Origin: Bdellovibrionota bacterium FG-2
GTDB taxonomy: Bacteria; Bdellovibrionota; UBA1018
Reading direction: 5' to 3'
Length of the DNA stretch: 36,826 bases
NCBI GenBank assembly: GCA_051382305.1
Contig: JBBCAV010000404.1
Location: 1 to 36,826 of the forward strand
Under the pieces are notes generated by a model that worked only from the letters and a program-made list of their open reading frames with translations, searched no databases and had not been told where the DNA came from. Below are positions 19,601-28,285 of the stretch, one piece after another. The position numbers were made by a program, and so were the translations under genes. Positions within the stretch are counted from its first letter, which is position 1, and every line of letters starts with the position of its first letter.

Positions 19601-20209
19601 GGTCCCGGTGGGTTCCACGGTGCCCGAAACGGCTATGGGGAGCGTGATGCCCATCTTTTCAAAGGCCCGATCAATTCCTAGGAGCGCGGCCTTGATGTTG
19701 CGCGTGTCTTGGCAGGTTTCCAATAAAAGATAATCGACCCCGCCTTCAATGAGCGCGCAGGCCTGTTCATGAAAATTTTGTTGGAGGTCTTCAAACGAGA
19801 TTCCGCCGGTGACGGAGATGGCTTTGGTTGTGGGGCCCATGGAGCCTGCGACAAAACGGGGGCGCTCGGGAGTGGAATATCGATCCGCTGCTTGGCGCGC
19901 GAGTTGCGCGGCCTTAAGATTGATTTCATGCGCGCGGTGGCCTAATCCATATTCGTCTAAGACAAGCGGGGTGCCGCCAAAAGTGTTGCTCTCGGCGATG
20001 TCTGCGCCGGCTTTGAAATACATTTCGTGAATTTTCGTGATCACTTCGGGGCGCGTGATGACAAGGTATTCGTTGCATCCATCTTTATCGGGCCCGCCAA
20101 AATCGGCTTCCGTGAGATTGTGATTTTGAATCGCTGTTCCCATGGCGCCATCCAAGACGAGTACGCGGGTTTTGAGGGTGGTCTTTATGTCTGATAGTTT
20201 TCGGGTCAT
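16628..20209 (-). CDS. metH: Cobalamin-dependent methionine synthase
   Basis: LDGAMGT, GVNC, GGCCGT, GERTN, DVHDIGKNLV, SGLL, RYSFGYPACP. Start placed at ATG 20209. Confidence 0.96.
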   Translation of the reverse strand: MTRKLSDIKTTLKTRVLVLDGAMGTAIQNHNLTEADFGGPDKDGCNEYLVITRPEVITKIHEMYFKAGADIAESNTFGGTPLVLDEYGLGHRAHEINLKAAQLARQAADRYSTPERPRFVAGSMGPTTKAISVTGGISFEDLQQNFHEQACALIEGGVDYLLLETCQDTRNIKAALLGIDRAFEKMGITLPIAVSGTVEPTGTMLAGQGVEALLTSLSHRELLYIGVNCATGPEFMTDHVRTLARLSPFAVACVPNAGLPDEDGCYLETPEMVAQIVSRFTDKGWVNLLGGCCGTTPAHIKALALVAAKASPRSFSGAPSGASSGTTGLPVSALSGIDYLEITDEIRPVIVGERTNVIGSKKFKTLICEGKFDEASEIARSQVRNGAQIVDICLANPDRDELTDMRSFLEIAAKKIRAPWMIDSTDSKVLELALGYSQGKAIINSVNLEDGEERMAQVAGLARRYGAALVVGTIDDDAQQGMGVSRARKLAIAERSHTLLTQKYGLPENDIYFDPLVFPCATGDVQYVGSAVETIEGLRLIKARFPKVKTVLGISNVSFGLPAAGREVLNSVFLYHCVQAGLDLAIVNAEKLVRYANISEEERKLSEDLLYNRCAGLGAQAGVQIGPDPVAAFAAHFREKKIVEKVQKEKLPLDQRLSRYILEGSKDGLVDDLNLALKGEEAMKPLEIINGPLMRGMDQVGKLFNANQLIVAEVLQSAEVMKAAVNHLEQFMEKAQSASRGRILLATVKGDVHDIGKNLVEIILSNNGFEVINLGIKIPPEQLIAAAREHSPDMIGLSGLLVKSAQQMVLTAEDLSKAGISIPVVVGGAALSSNFVDRQIARAYTTGTVAYASDAMNGLDLAKTIVDPVKFEAFRMELAERRAKKAAETPAKVAAPASPMRRSTQIQTLESFPSPPDLDRHVIKNTPYEHIWKYVNPLMLYGRHLGIKGGLVRQLAKALNDPKLGTQLEESEPKAVAIWNTVQEVRFTYRETEVLQSSAVYQFYRASSEGNSLVLWQGNSETARFTFPRQNQIDGLCLSDYVAESPSACDTVALYTVSVGRGIRELAEQFKNRGDYLKSHILQALALESAEAYAELLHSQIRKMWGYPDPEDITMMERFQAKYRGKRYSFGYPACPNLEDQAILWKLLRPQEIGIQLTEGFMMDPESSVSAIAFHHPSATYFSVGGASEDNRG

Positions 20210-20334
20210 AACTTGGCATAACACATTTAAATGGGAGATAAAGGCGTAATATTGCGAATAAATTACCACAAACTTCTAATTTGACGATACGAGTCATTTT
20301 AGGGTACATAGGTCGTCTGGAAAGGGCCGTATCG

Positions 20335-23300
20335 ATGGTGGTGAAACCTCAATTTCATGGCACTTCAGTTTTGCGATTTTCGCTGCTGTCGGCTTTGCTA
20401 TTTATAGGCTCCGCTCACGCGGGCGTTGTGCTTTTGAATAAGGGCGAGAAATCGGTTCCTGCTTCGGATTTGCTGTATCAAGGCGCGGCTTTGGATGTGG
20501 ATGAGGCGGCCGCGCTCGCTAGGCGTGGGATCGCGCTTGAGGATTTGGATCCGGCGCCCAATGACCTATGGGGCACAGGAGCTGCGGAGAAACCCGAACC
20601 GATCGTTCTTGATTCGTTAAGTTTACATTTTGAGTCACTTTTGCGTGGAAATACCGGCCTTTTCAGAGCGCGGGTCACCGAAAAGGGCAGGGCATTTCAA
20701 CTGAGTATGGGCCTGGGCGCTCATGCGGCTGTGGCGCGCGCGCGGTTGCTTCAGAGACTGGGGTACAACGTCGGAACCCCGACCCATTTTGCGAGGCTCA
20801 ACGTACGGTTTAAGGATCTTAAAGAGCGTGATGATTTTCTAGCCGCTTTGAGTGACCAGACGCTGACGGCGCGTAAGCGTTGGCTGGAGCAAACCCCTGA
20901 ACGGCCTGAGCTTGAATTGCATGATGTCGTGTTGGAGCCAGCGCAGGTCACGGTACAAAGGGTGCATTGGGGCGCGATTCCTCGGGTTTTTTTGAATGGA
21001 AGGCGGGCGCTGCGGGCGCTGATTGTTCCCCTGGTGCTGCTCGATGTTCCAGAGAGTATTAATATTTTTGCTTGGGAATTTGGGAAAACGGTCTCGGATC
21101 GGGTGTTTCTTAATCACGCCTATGCCGAAAATTTTGCGGAAGCGACCTATGAAGACGCTCGTTGGATTGCGCTAAAAATCGCGAAGCTTTCAAGGCAGGA
21201 TTTTGAGGAATGTCTTGCCGGTGCTGGCTATCCCGAGGACGTTGCAGCTCTGCTTGTTGAGAAAATTCTGGCGCGCAGAAACCATTTGGCGGAACTTTTC
21301 GGAATTTCAGGCCGGATCGCCTATGATTTGAAACTCAATCATGGCGCAGTCGTGAAGGGAAAACTGACGCGCGAAAACTATGAACATCATGCGGAGCGCT
21401 TCACTTATGGTGATCCCGAATCACCGCTGAATAAATGGGAATTGGGAAGGCTCGTTGTTTTAAAAGGAATTTCGGGTGCGCTTAGGGCTTTAACCGGGCA
21501 GGTAAATAAGCAACTCGTATTTGCGAGCTCTGATGAAGTAGCGGCAACTCATCAAAAAGAAATTGAGGAAAAAGTCACGCAACAACTCCGAGACCATCCA
21601 AACGATCCCGTGCAGTTTCCCGTCTCTTCTTGGGGCGGGCCGGTGGCGGGTTTTGGCTTGACCGCAGATCGTGATGTGATCACGGGAACTTATTTTGGAA
21701 GCGACTCTCGCATACAGCTCGTCGATACGATTGGTTTTTCGGCACAAGTCGGCTGGTTTAGTGGGGTGGATGGTTTTCCCGCGCTCTCCCCCGTGGCTTT
21801 GGCCAATGTGAGTGTGCAGCGCAACTACATTCATGTGCGGCCGTTGGCGGATATGAAGACGGCTCTTAAGGCCTCATGGAGTTCATTTTATGTTCCGAGC
21901 TTCATGAGTAAGCTTGGAGATGTCTTGGGCGATGGTTTGGAAAATGACGCAAAATCCGGCGAATTTAAAGGTTTTTTGGACCAGCTCGCAGAGGGTGAAA
22001 TTTTCATGGTGACCGATACGCTGGTGGCAGGTGCGCATGCGGCTGTGAAACTCCCGATCGGACCGCTGGCGGCGCTTGCGATGGTGGGCCCGATCCCGGC
22101 TCTGGGTGCGGATTCAAGCGTGCAAGCCACGGTGATGAGACGGACGACTTTCGTGCGGACTGCAAAGGGGATACAGGTCTACGTTCAAGCGGCAGAAAGC
22201 GCGCTTTGGGATGTGGGCTTGGACGTGAATTGGTGGATCAGTTTTGTGCGGGTATCGCATGAGCGCAAATGGAGCCAGGCGAGGGGCCAAGCGTTTAATT
22301 TTGATTTTCCGCGACCTGCTGAAGGCAATGACGGCGAGCGTCTTGCGCAAGCTTTGAGTGTTTTACTCAAGACCAATGAAACGGAACTTTTAGAAGACGG
22401 GTTTGATCATTTTAAGATCAAGCATGAGCTTGAGGCCCAGGCGAATCGTGCAAAGCTGCTGTGGATGCGCTGGTTTTCGATCGCCGAGGATCACTTGCTT
22501 AAGATCCGCCCCGTTTTAAGTTCAGGCGAAGAGGGCGCGGAAAAGACCTTGTTTTCAAGTAAAATCTCGGGTGTTGCCGGCAAGGCGCTTCCCGCGTTTT
22601 TTTCGGAATTCTTCGCGCGCATTTTTGGCCTGAATGCTCCGGCCAAGAGGGATTCAAATCCCGCGGATTCTTTCTTGGGTCGCGCGCAATGGGATACGGT
22701 AGGCGTGGAAGCTGATTTGAGTCCTGTTGCTGAGTTTGCGCCGATTGCATCGATTGATAAGCACTGGTCAGGCTGGCTGCTGCAAAAAGGTAAGATGATG
22801 TCGATTTTTGATGACATCGAAGATTGGGCAAAACCTTTTAATGGCGGCCGAGGGCTAATGAGGCGCGATGATTTTGCCTCAACGAAGTGGATAGAAATGT
22901 ACGACATCACCGCCCGCCTCATTATTTATCCCTCAGGGCTGCAGTCCTTGGAAAAGAACCTCGTGGCTCCGGGGGTGCGTCAAGTTTTTAAACGCATGGT
23001 GGAAATTGAAGGGCGCACCAAGTTTCGGGCTTGGTGTGAAATGAAGCATCGTGATCCGGACGCGGCTGATGAAACGAGCGGGAGTTTCGCCTATTTTGAG
23101 AGAGAGGGCGAAGGAAGTGTAATTTTGCCATGTGTGCAGCCTTGGATGCGCGAGGTGCTCAAAGATCGGCGCCTATTGGTCCCGGGTGCAAAAACTGATC
23201 AGCGGGAGCGGGTTAGGGCTTATTCACGACTCTTAAATACGCTTGAAATCAAGGGGGGCTTGGGGCTAATTGCGAAAATCTTGGATCGCAAGGACTGGTT

Positions 23301-23481
23301 CTATCAAGCTCGAGTTCAGGGGTATCGAAGAGGGGATGAAAACGGAGACACGGCCTATCTTTCGGACCTTTTAGGAGAGCCTCGGCCGGGGGCAACGGTA
23401 AGTTATTTCCAAGAGCTTTCGGATCGGTATCATCTGATGGGGCATGAAGTGAATGCCCGTTACTTAAGCGAGGGGTACTGA
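20335..23481 (+). CDS. Large secreted hypothetical protein (about 1050 aa)
   Basis: Long ORF with signal peptide (FSLLSALLFIGSAHA); ends 1 bp before the subtilase start; start codon uncertain. Confidence 0.75.
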   Translation: MVVKPQFHGTSVLRFSLLSALLFIGSAHAGVVLLNKGEKSVPASDLLYQGAALDVDEAAALARRGIALEDLDPAPNDLWGTGAAEKPEPIVLDSLSLHFESLLRGNTGLFRARVTEKGRAFQLSMGLGAHAAVARARLLQRLGYNVGTPTHFARLNVRFKDLKERDDFLAALSDQTLTARKRWLEQTPERPELELHDVVLEPAQVTVQRVHWGAIPRVFLNGRRALRALIVPLVLLDVPESINIFAWEFGKTVSDRVFLNHAYAENFAEATYEDARWIALKIAKLSRQDFEECLAGAGYPEDVAALLVEKILARRNHLAELFGISGRIAYDLKLNHGAVVKGKLTRENYEHHAERFTYGDPESPLNKWELGRLVVLKGISGALRALTGQVNKQLVFASSDEVAATHQKEIEEKVTQQLRDHPNDPVQFPVSSWGGPVAGFGLTADRDVITGTYFGSDSRIQLVDTIGFSAQVGWFSGVDGFPALSPVALANVSVQRNYIHVRPLADMKTALKASWSSFYVPSFMSKLGDVLGDGLENDAKSGEFKGFLDQLAEGEIFMVTDTLVAGAHAAVKLPIGPLAALAMVGPIPALGADSSVQATVMRRTTFVRTAKGIQVYVQAAESALWDVGLDVNWWISFVRVSHERKWSQARGQAFNFDFPRPAEGNDGERLAQALSVLLKTNETELLEDGFDHFKIKHELEAQANRAKLLWMRWFSIAEDHLLKIRPVLSSGEEGAEKTLFSSKISGVAGKALPAFFSEFFARIFGLNAPAKRDSNPADSFLGRAQWDTVGVEADLSPVAEFAPIASIDKHWSGWLLQKGKMMSIFDDIEDWAKPFNGGRGLMRRDDFASTKWIEMYDITARLIIYPSGLQSLEKNLVAPGVRQVFKRMVEIEGRTKFRAWCEMKHRDPDAADETSGSFAYFEREGEGSVILPCVQPWMREVLKDRRLLVPGAKTDQRERVRAYSRLLNTLEIKGGLGLIAKILDRKDWFYQARVQGYRRGDENGDTAYLSDLLGEPRPGATVSYFQELSDRYHLMGHEVNARYLSEGY

Positions 23482-23482
23482 G

Positions 23483-26371
23483 ATGCGTTTCTCCTCACTT
23501 GTTTTGGTTTCTATTTGCCTGTTCTCAGTGGGGGCCCGAGCTGGTTACGAGCAGTGGGGTTTGAAAAACCAAGGGCATTCCATCTCTGTTTTTGCCGGTG
23601 ATGTGAAGACTGAAGTCCTCCGGGGGGAGCGCGGAGAAGATATTGATTTGGAGGAACTGGATTCGTTTGTTTTCAAAAAAAGGCTTAGACCGGTGCGAGT
23701 TGCGGTGCTGGACTCCGGCGTGGATGCGACTCACGCGGGGCTGAAGAATCGCATAATTTCGGACCCCCAGCTTGGAGATTTTTCTGATCAGGTGGGACAT
23801 GGCACTCATGTCGCGGGGATTATAGCCGGGCAAGATGAGGGGCATGGCGTGGTGGGGGTGGCTCCAAATGCCTTGATCATCCCGATTCGCGTGATCGATA
23901 AGGCCCCGCAAGCGCCGGTGCGTCCTCAGGCACTTGGCAGTGGCGGTTTTTTAGGGTTTTTTGGTGGCGCTGTAAAAAGAAACCGGGTGGGGTCGAAAAT
24001 CCAGGGGCGAGGCATTAAACCCTCGATGGTTTTGCCCGGGCGGCCCGACTCCGCTGATTTTACGGATTTTGAAAAGGCCGTGGCAGAGGCTCGTGCGCAA
24101 GGCGTTATTATTATCGCGGCAGCCGGCAACGACGCAACTTCCGCGCGCGTGTCCCCTTGTCAAACCACGGGTGTGATTTGTGTCGCGGCTCATGGACCGG
24201 ACGGGCGACTCGCTCATTTTTCAAATTATGGAAGTTTTGTAGAGCTTGCAGCTCCTGGAATCTCTATCTTGAGCACTTGGCCACTGGCGGTCGCTCGGAA
24301 AAAAAGGACCGTTTTTGGCGATTTTTTTGGCTATGAGCTTAAGGATGGCACTTCGATGGCGGCGCCTTTCGTGGCGGGTGCGGCGGCGCTGCTCTTAGGC
24401 GCGGGTTACTCAAGCGATGAAGTGGTGGCGAGATTGCTGCTTGGCGCACGCGCCAATGGCTATGAAGGCGCGCGCGGGGGGCAGTCCCGTGCGGCGAAAT
24501 CTGTGCAGTTTGGCAAACTCGATGTTCGAGGCGCATTAAGTGTTTATCCAAAACCTCTGATTTTGCCTCTGGAAAAAAGGCCTCTGCGCTTGGCGTGGGA
24601 TCAGGTGAGTTCCTCGCTTTCCTTTGAAGTGGGGCTTAAGAACAATTGGGTCAGCGGGAAAAAGTTCAGCGTACGTGCTTCTTTGAGTCAACGTCCTTCT
24701 TTGGCGGGCGTCTCACTCGTGGATCCAGTGTATGCGCAATGGAAGACAGGTGAGCAAAAGACATTTCGTGGAGCGGTGCAGATTCTTGATCTCGACCGAT
24801 TTGAGGGGCGTTTTGATCTCGTACTTGAATTTGTAAGTGAGGATGACGAAGGCAAGCTTCAAGATCAATCGCTGCGGGTGCCGGTTGATGTCGTCGTGCC
24901 GGTGGGTTTGAATTCCATGGCTGGTTTTCGCGAGGTCTTAATTGCAAGTTCGTTTGAGACTCCGGCGGTGAAAGCGGGGGCTGAGTTTCGATCCGTCGTA
25001 GGGGATCCCTTGAGTTTGATGGCGTTTGAATTGGGGCCAAACGGGTTGGGGATTAAGTGGCTTGAGCAGACGACGGATATTGATCGCAAGTTTGTGGTGC
25101 GGGCGCAGGGTGTAACGACAGTTCCGCGAAGGGGAGATCTGTTGGCGATTCATCGCCTTTTCTCAAGTGGCGCGAAGGGCTCGGCAGAATTTGTTTTGGT
25201 CTATCAAATATCCAATGGCAGTGGCGGCGTACAAGGGTTTCATTTTGAGGTCCTGGATTCGGAGTTGCAGGGGGCTTCGGCGAATTCAAAACTTCTGCCG
25301 GATTATGCTCCTCGAGTTGTTGCGTTTCCCGAAAATTTTCAGTGGGTGAGTTTGAGAATTGGGGCTCTCGCCGTAAAGTCACCCGTATGGATCGGTTTTG
25401 GACCTTCGGCGGATTCGATTGGTAGAGTTCCCGTTTCGGACGCATGGGAGAAAATGGAGGATCCGGCGCAAGCTGCGCCTTCAGCCGAAAAAGACGCGCC
25501 CGATCTGAGATTGTTTACTATAGGCTCCGGTGGAATCAGGGAACTTGCTCTCCCCAAAGATATGGGTGTGGTTGCCTTGTTTCCACAAACACAAGAATTT
25601 CGCGGTCGCGGTGAAGTCATTGCCCTATTGCGGAAAGGGGAAGGGGCGTTCATCTCCTATTTTTATGGTAGGCTGGGTGAGGGCGGTTGGGGCGAGCTGG
25701 TTTCGATTAAGATGGACAAGACGCGGACTTTGTTTGGCCTGCAAAACGTGCTTGAGGTAACGCGCTTGGAGTCTGGTCTGAGCGCGGGGGCATCTTCATT
25801 GAGGGATCTCGTGTTTTTTGGGCCTAGTAACGAAGGAGTGATTCGCGCAACCCTGCTCCCAGGGGCTGCGGTTGTTGCGCCCTTTGGTGATCAAAAGCTA
25901 AGGGCGGGGAGTTCAAGTGATGTGGCGCTCTCTGGTTTGGGCGCTTTTTTGAAAGACGGCGCGCCTTCGTATTTTATTCAGACTTTGTATGATCTTCAGT
26001 TTCATGATTTCGCGACGGGTGAGGTCGCCTCGACGACTTTGGGGAGGTTTAGTTTTTTGCCAGGCCTTGTGTCGAAAACTCGGTATTTTCCGGTCGTGGT
26101 GGGGGAGTCGGGCGCGGGTTCTGGCGGCGCGGGCGGCGAAAAGCCTGCGATGCTTTTGCCTGCGGGCTTTGGGCCTTTTCCGGGGTTAGAAGTGATTGTG
26201 CCGGAATACTCTGGTGGCCACCTGACGGGGCTCACTCGTCCGGCGCGGTTTCGTTTTGAAGACGGGGAGGGGTGCTCGGGTCTTCCGACTCCAAGGCGAT
26301 TCGATGGAGCTGCGTCTTCGCTTTTTTATTTTTGTGGGGATCGGTTTGTGGAAGTGAAGCTGGGAAACTAG
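23483..26371 (+). CDS. S8 subtilisin-like serine protease with large C-terminal extension
   Basis: VAVLDSGVD, HGTHVAGII, AAAGN, FSNYG, GTSMAAPFVAG; signal peptide. Confidence 0.9.
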   Translation: MRFSSLVLVSICLFSVGARAGYEQWGLKNQGHSISVFAGDVKTEVLRGERGEDIDLEELDSFVFKKRLRPVRVAVLDSGVDATHAGLKNRIISDPQLGDFSDQVGHGTHVAGIIAGQDEGHGVVGVAPNALIIPIRVIDKAPQAPVRPQALGSGGFLGFFGGAVKRNRVGSKIQGRGIKPSMVLPGRPDSADFTDFEKAVAEARAQGVIIIAAAGNDATSARVSPCQTTGVICVAAHGPDGRLAHFSNYGSFVELAAPGISILSTWPLAVARKKRTVFGDFFGYELKDGTSMAAPFVAGAAALLLGAGYSSDEVVARLLLGARANGYEGARGGQSRAAKSVQFGKLDVRGALSVYPKPLILPLEKRPLRLAWDQVSSSLSFEVGLKNNWVSGKKFSVRASLSQRPSLAGVSLVDPVYAQWKTGEQKTFRGAVQILDLDRFEGRFDLVLEFVSEDDEGKLQDQSLRVPVDVVVPVGLNSMAGFREVLIASSFETPAVKAGAEFRSVVGDPLSLMAFELGPNGLGIKWLEQTTDIDRKFVVRAQGVTTVPRRGDLLAIHRLFSSGAKGSAEFVLVYQISNGSGGVQGFHFEVLDSELQGASANSKLLPDYAPRVVAFPENFQWVSLRIGALAVKSPVWIGFGPSADSIGRVPVSDAWEKMEDPAQAAPSAEKDAPDLRLFTIGSGGIRELALPKDMGVVALFPQTQEFRGRGEVIALLRKGEGAFISYFYGRLGEGGWGELVSIKMDKTRTLFGLQNVLEVTRLESGLSAGASSLRDLVFFGPSNEGVIRATLLPGAAVVAPFGDQKLRAGSSSDVALSGLGAFLKDGAPSYFIQTLYDLQFHDFATGEVASTTLGRFSFLPGLVSKTRYFPVVVGESGAGSGGAGGEKPAMLLPAGFGPFPGLEVIVPEYSGGHLTGLTRPARFRFEDGEGCSGLPTPRRFDGAASSLFYFCGDRFVEVKLGN

Positions 26372-26393
26372 TGTTTTGGGGGAGGAGATGTAT

Positions 26394-27077
26394 ATGAAGG
26401 TTTTGTTCCTCCTCGTTGCGTTTGCTTCGGGGCCTTCGGCGTTTGCCATGGGGGGCGCATCTGGGTATTCCAAATATTTGGAAAAGTCCGTGCCTGCCGA
26501 CGTACGGGCGCAGTTTGTTCAGGACATGACCGTTCTTGGAACGTTCTCCGGGAAGAAGGTCAGTCCACTACACGAAAAATATTTTGGTCCGCTTTCTGGG
26601 GGAACTTATCTGGCGTTCATTTTTCGGCGTGTAAGCCAGATCGCTTATGATCCTAACGAAACTTTCGCCACCGCCAGGAGCCGCGGGGATAGAATTACGC
26701 TTGCTCCAACATATCCGCAATTGCCACAGGCTTTACGAATGTCACTGCTTATTCACGAATCAGCCCATTCCCATGGGGGCCCCTGGCATTCTTTGTGTCC
26801 AAAGCCGTATTTGGACGAGCAGGGAAATCCTGCAAAGTCTGGCGCTTCAGGAGTCTTGTTGGAGGGGCTTGGCGCTTGTGATTATGATCTTCAAGGGGCC
26901 TACGGGATGCAGGCTGTGTTTTTAGGAAATATTGCCCGCAATTGTGATAGTTGCTCAGAGAAAATAAGGCAGGATGCTGAACTCTATCTCCCCAATACCT
27001 TTCTTCGCTTTCCGGACCTGGAGTTAAGGCGGGTTCTTATGGAGGATTGCGGGGTAGGTTTGCTTTTGGCGCCGTAG
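26394..27077 (+). CDS. Secreted Cys-containing HEXXH protein (putative zinc metallopeptidase)
   Basis: GGAGGAG SD; signal peptide; LLIHESAHSH; several cysteines. Confidence 0.65.
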   Translation: MKVLFLLVAFASGPSAFAMGGASGYSKYLEKSVPADVRAQFVQDMTVLGTFSGKKVSPLHEKYFGPLSGGTYLAFIFRRVSQIAYDPNETFATARSRGDRITLAPTYPQLPQALRMSLLIHESAHSHGGPWHSLCPKPYLDEQGNPAKSGASGVLLEGLGACDYDLQGAYGMQAVFLGNIARNCDSCSEKIRQDAELYLPNTFLRFPDLELRRVLMEDCGVGLLLAP

Positions 27078-27094
27078 CCTGTAGCGCTACAGGC
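27077..27094. repeat. Perfect 18-bp palindrome at the gene end / intergenic boundary
   Basis: gcctgtagcgctacaggc is its own reverse complement. Confidence 0.9.
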
Positions 27095-27243
27095 GCGCGC
27101 TGATTTAGTGTTGCGGAGTGGGCTGACAGTAGTCTTTTTTGCGTCAAAATACTATCGATTGCATTTGTTTTTTTTTGCCAAAATTAGGGATGTAGTCAGT
27201 CTGACTTTGAGGAAAGTTTGTTCAATCAGATCGGAGGATCCCT

Positions 27244-27969
27244 ATGGTGATATCAAGGCAGTTGGTGCAAAAAGCCGTTGTTTGTCTGGTCATGATGACC
27301 TGTAGCCCTCTGGTCGTTTTGGCGCAGGATGACGTGCCTCTCACGTCCGTCGAGAAAGCTGAAGTGGAAAATCTTGTTATGAGGGTCAAGGCCGCTGAAA
27401 ATGGCGAAAAAGCCAACGAGGTTTTGAAATTATACGGAGCTGATCCCGCGAAGAAAAAAGTCTTGAATCAGGCGCTGACAGTACTAGGGAAAAATTTAAC
27501 TGAAACTAATATTTCGCTGACGGCAACGAAGTGGTTGTCGGAGTGGTCAACCAGGCAAAAAGAGCCTGCGATTCGGATGGTGAAGGGTTCCTCTACCATT
27601 TTATGTATGAGAGACTTTGCTGCACCTGTCTTGTATGTCCCTGCTTCGTCAACTTGTGGTTCTGCGGGATCGGAGGCAAAAGGATCTTGCGTAATGCAGA
27701 TTAATTGTCACTCCTACGCAAACAATCCAACAGACTTTCATGAAAAGCCCACTTCCTTTCGAGCCGTCGCTGCCTGCATGGGAAAAAAGGCCTACAATCC
27801 CGAATTAAAGGCGACAGAGGCGAGTTGCCCTCCTGCCGATGTCTGTGCCGCTGACCAGTTCGTGCAGGGAAAACCAGTTGCGATTAATAAGGATATTGTT
27901 CCGAGTGGTGGTAGCGGTGGCAATAATACTGGAAGCACTCCAGCTGTGCAATCGGGTGTGGGTCAGTGA
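27244..27969 (+). CDS. Secreted Cys-rich hypothetical protein
   Basis: GGAGG SD, signal peptide, multiple Cys in the C-terminal half, Gly/Ser tail. Confidence 0.7.
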   Translation: MVISRQLVQKAVVCLVMMTCSPLVVLAQDDVPLTSVEKAEVENLVMRVKAAENGEKANEVLKLYGADPAKKKVLNQALTVLGKNLTETNISLTATKWLSEWSTRQKEPAIRMVKGSSTILCMRDFAAPVLYVPASSTCGSAGSEAKGSCVMQINCHSYANNPTDFHEKPTSFRAVAACMGKKAYNPELKATEASCPPADVCAADQFVQGKPVAINKDIVPSGGSGGNNTGSTPAVQSGVGQ

Positions 27970-28000
27970 GAATACTTTTAAGTCGAAAAAGGGTATATCT

Positions 28001-28273
28001 ATGAGAAAAACGGGGTTCATTTTTGGAATGTTGTTGGTCGTTGCTTCTTTTGCGACTTTTGCGTCCACTGTGGCCACACTTGAGGGCAAAGTCTATTCAA
28101 TGACCAGCGAAATCGTGGTGCTACAGTCTGATAACACTTTGTACTACATCAAGCGCGCAAGTCTCAATCAGCTAGATCAAAAGAGGATTAAGAAAATGGG
28201 AAACCAGGTCGCGCTCAATGTTCCCATGGAAGCAATTCAGGATATCAAGCAAGTGAAGGCTTCAAAGAAATAA
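28001..28273 (+). CDS. Small secreted hypothetical protein
   Basis: MRKTGFIFGMLLVVASFATFA signal peptide; 90 aa, beta-rich. Confidence 0.65.
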   Translation: MRKTGFIFGMLLVVASFATFASTVATLEGKVYSMTSEIVVLQSDNTLYYIKRASLNQLDQKRIKKMGNQVALNVPMEAIQDIKQVKASKK

Positions 28274-28285
28274 CACGCCTTTTTT

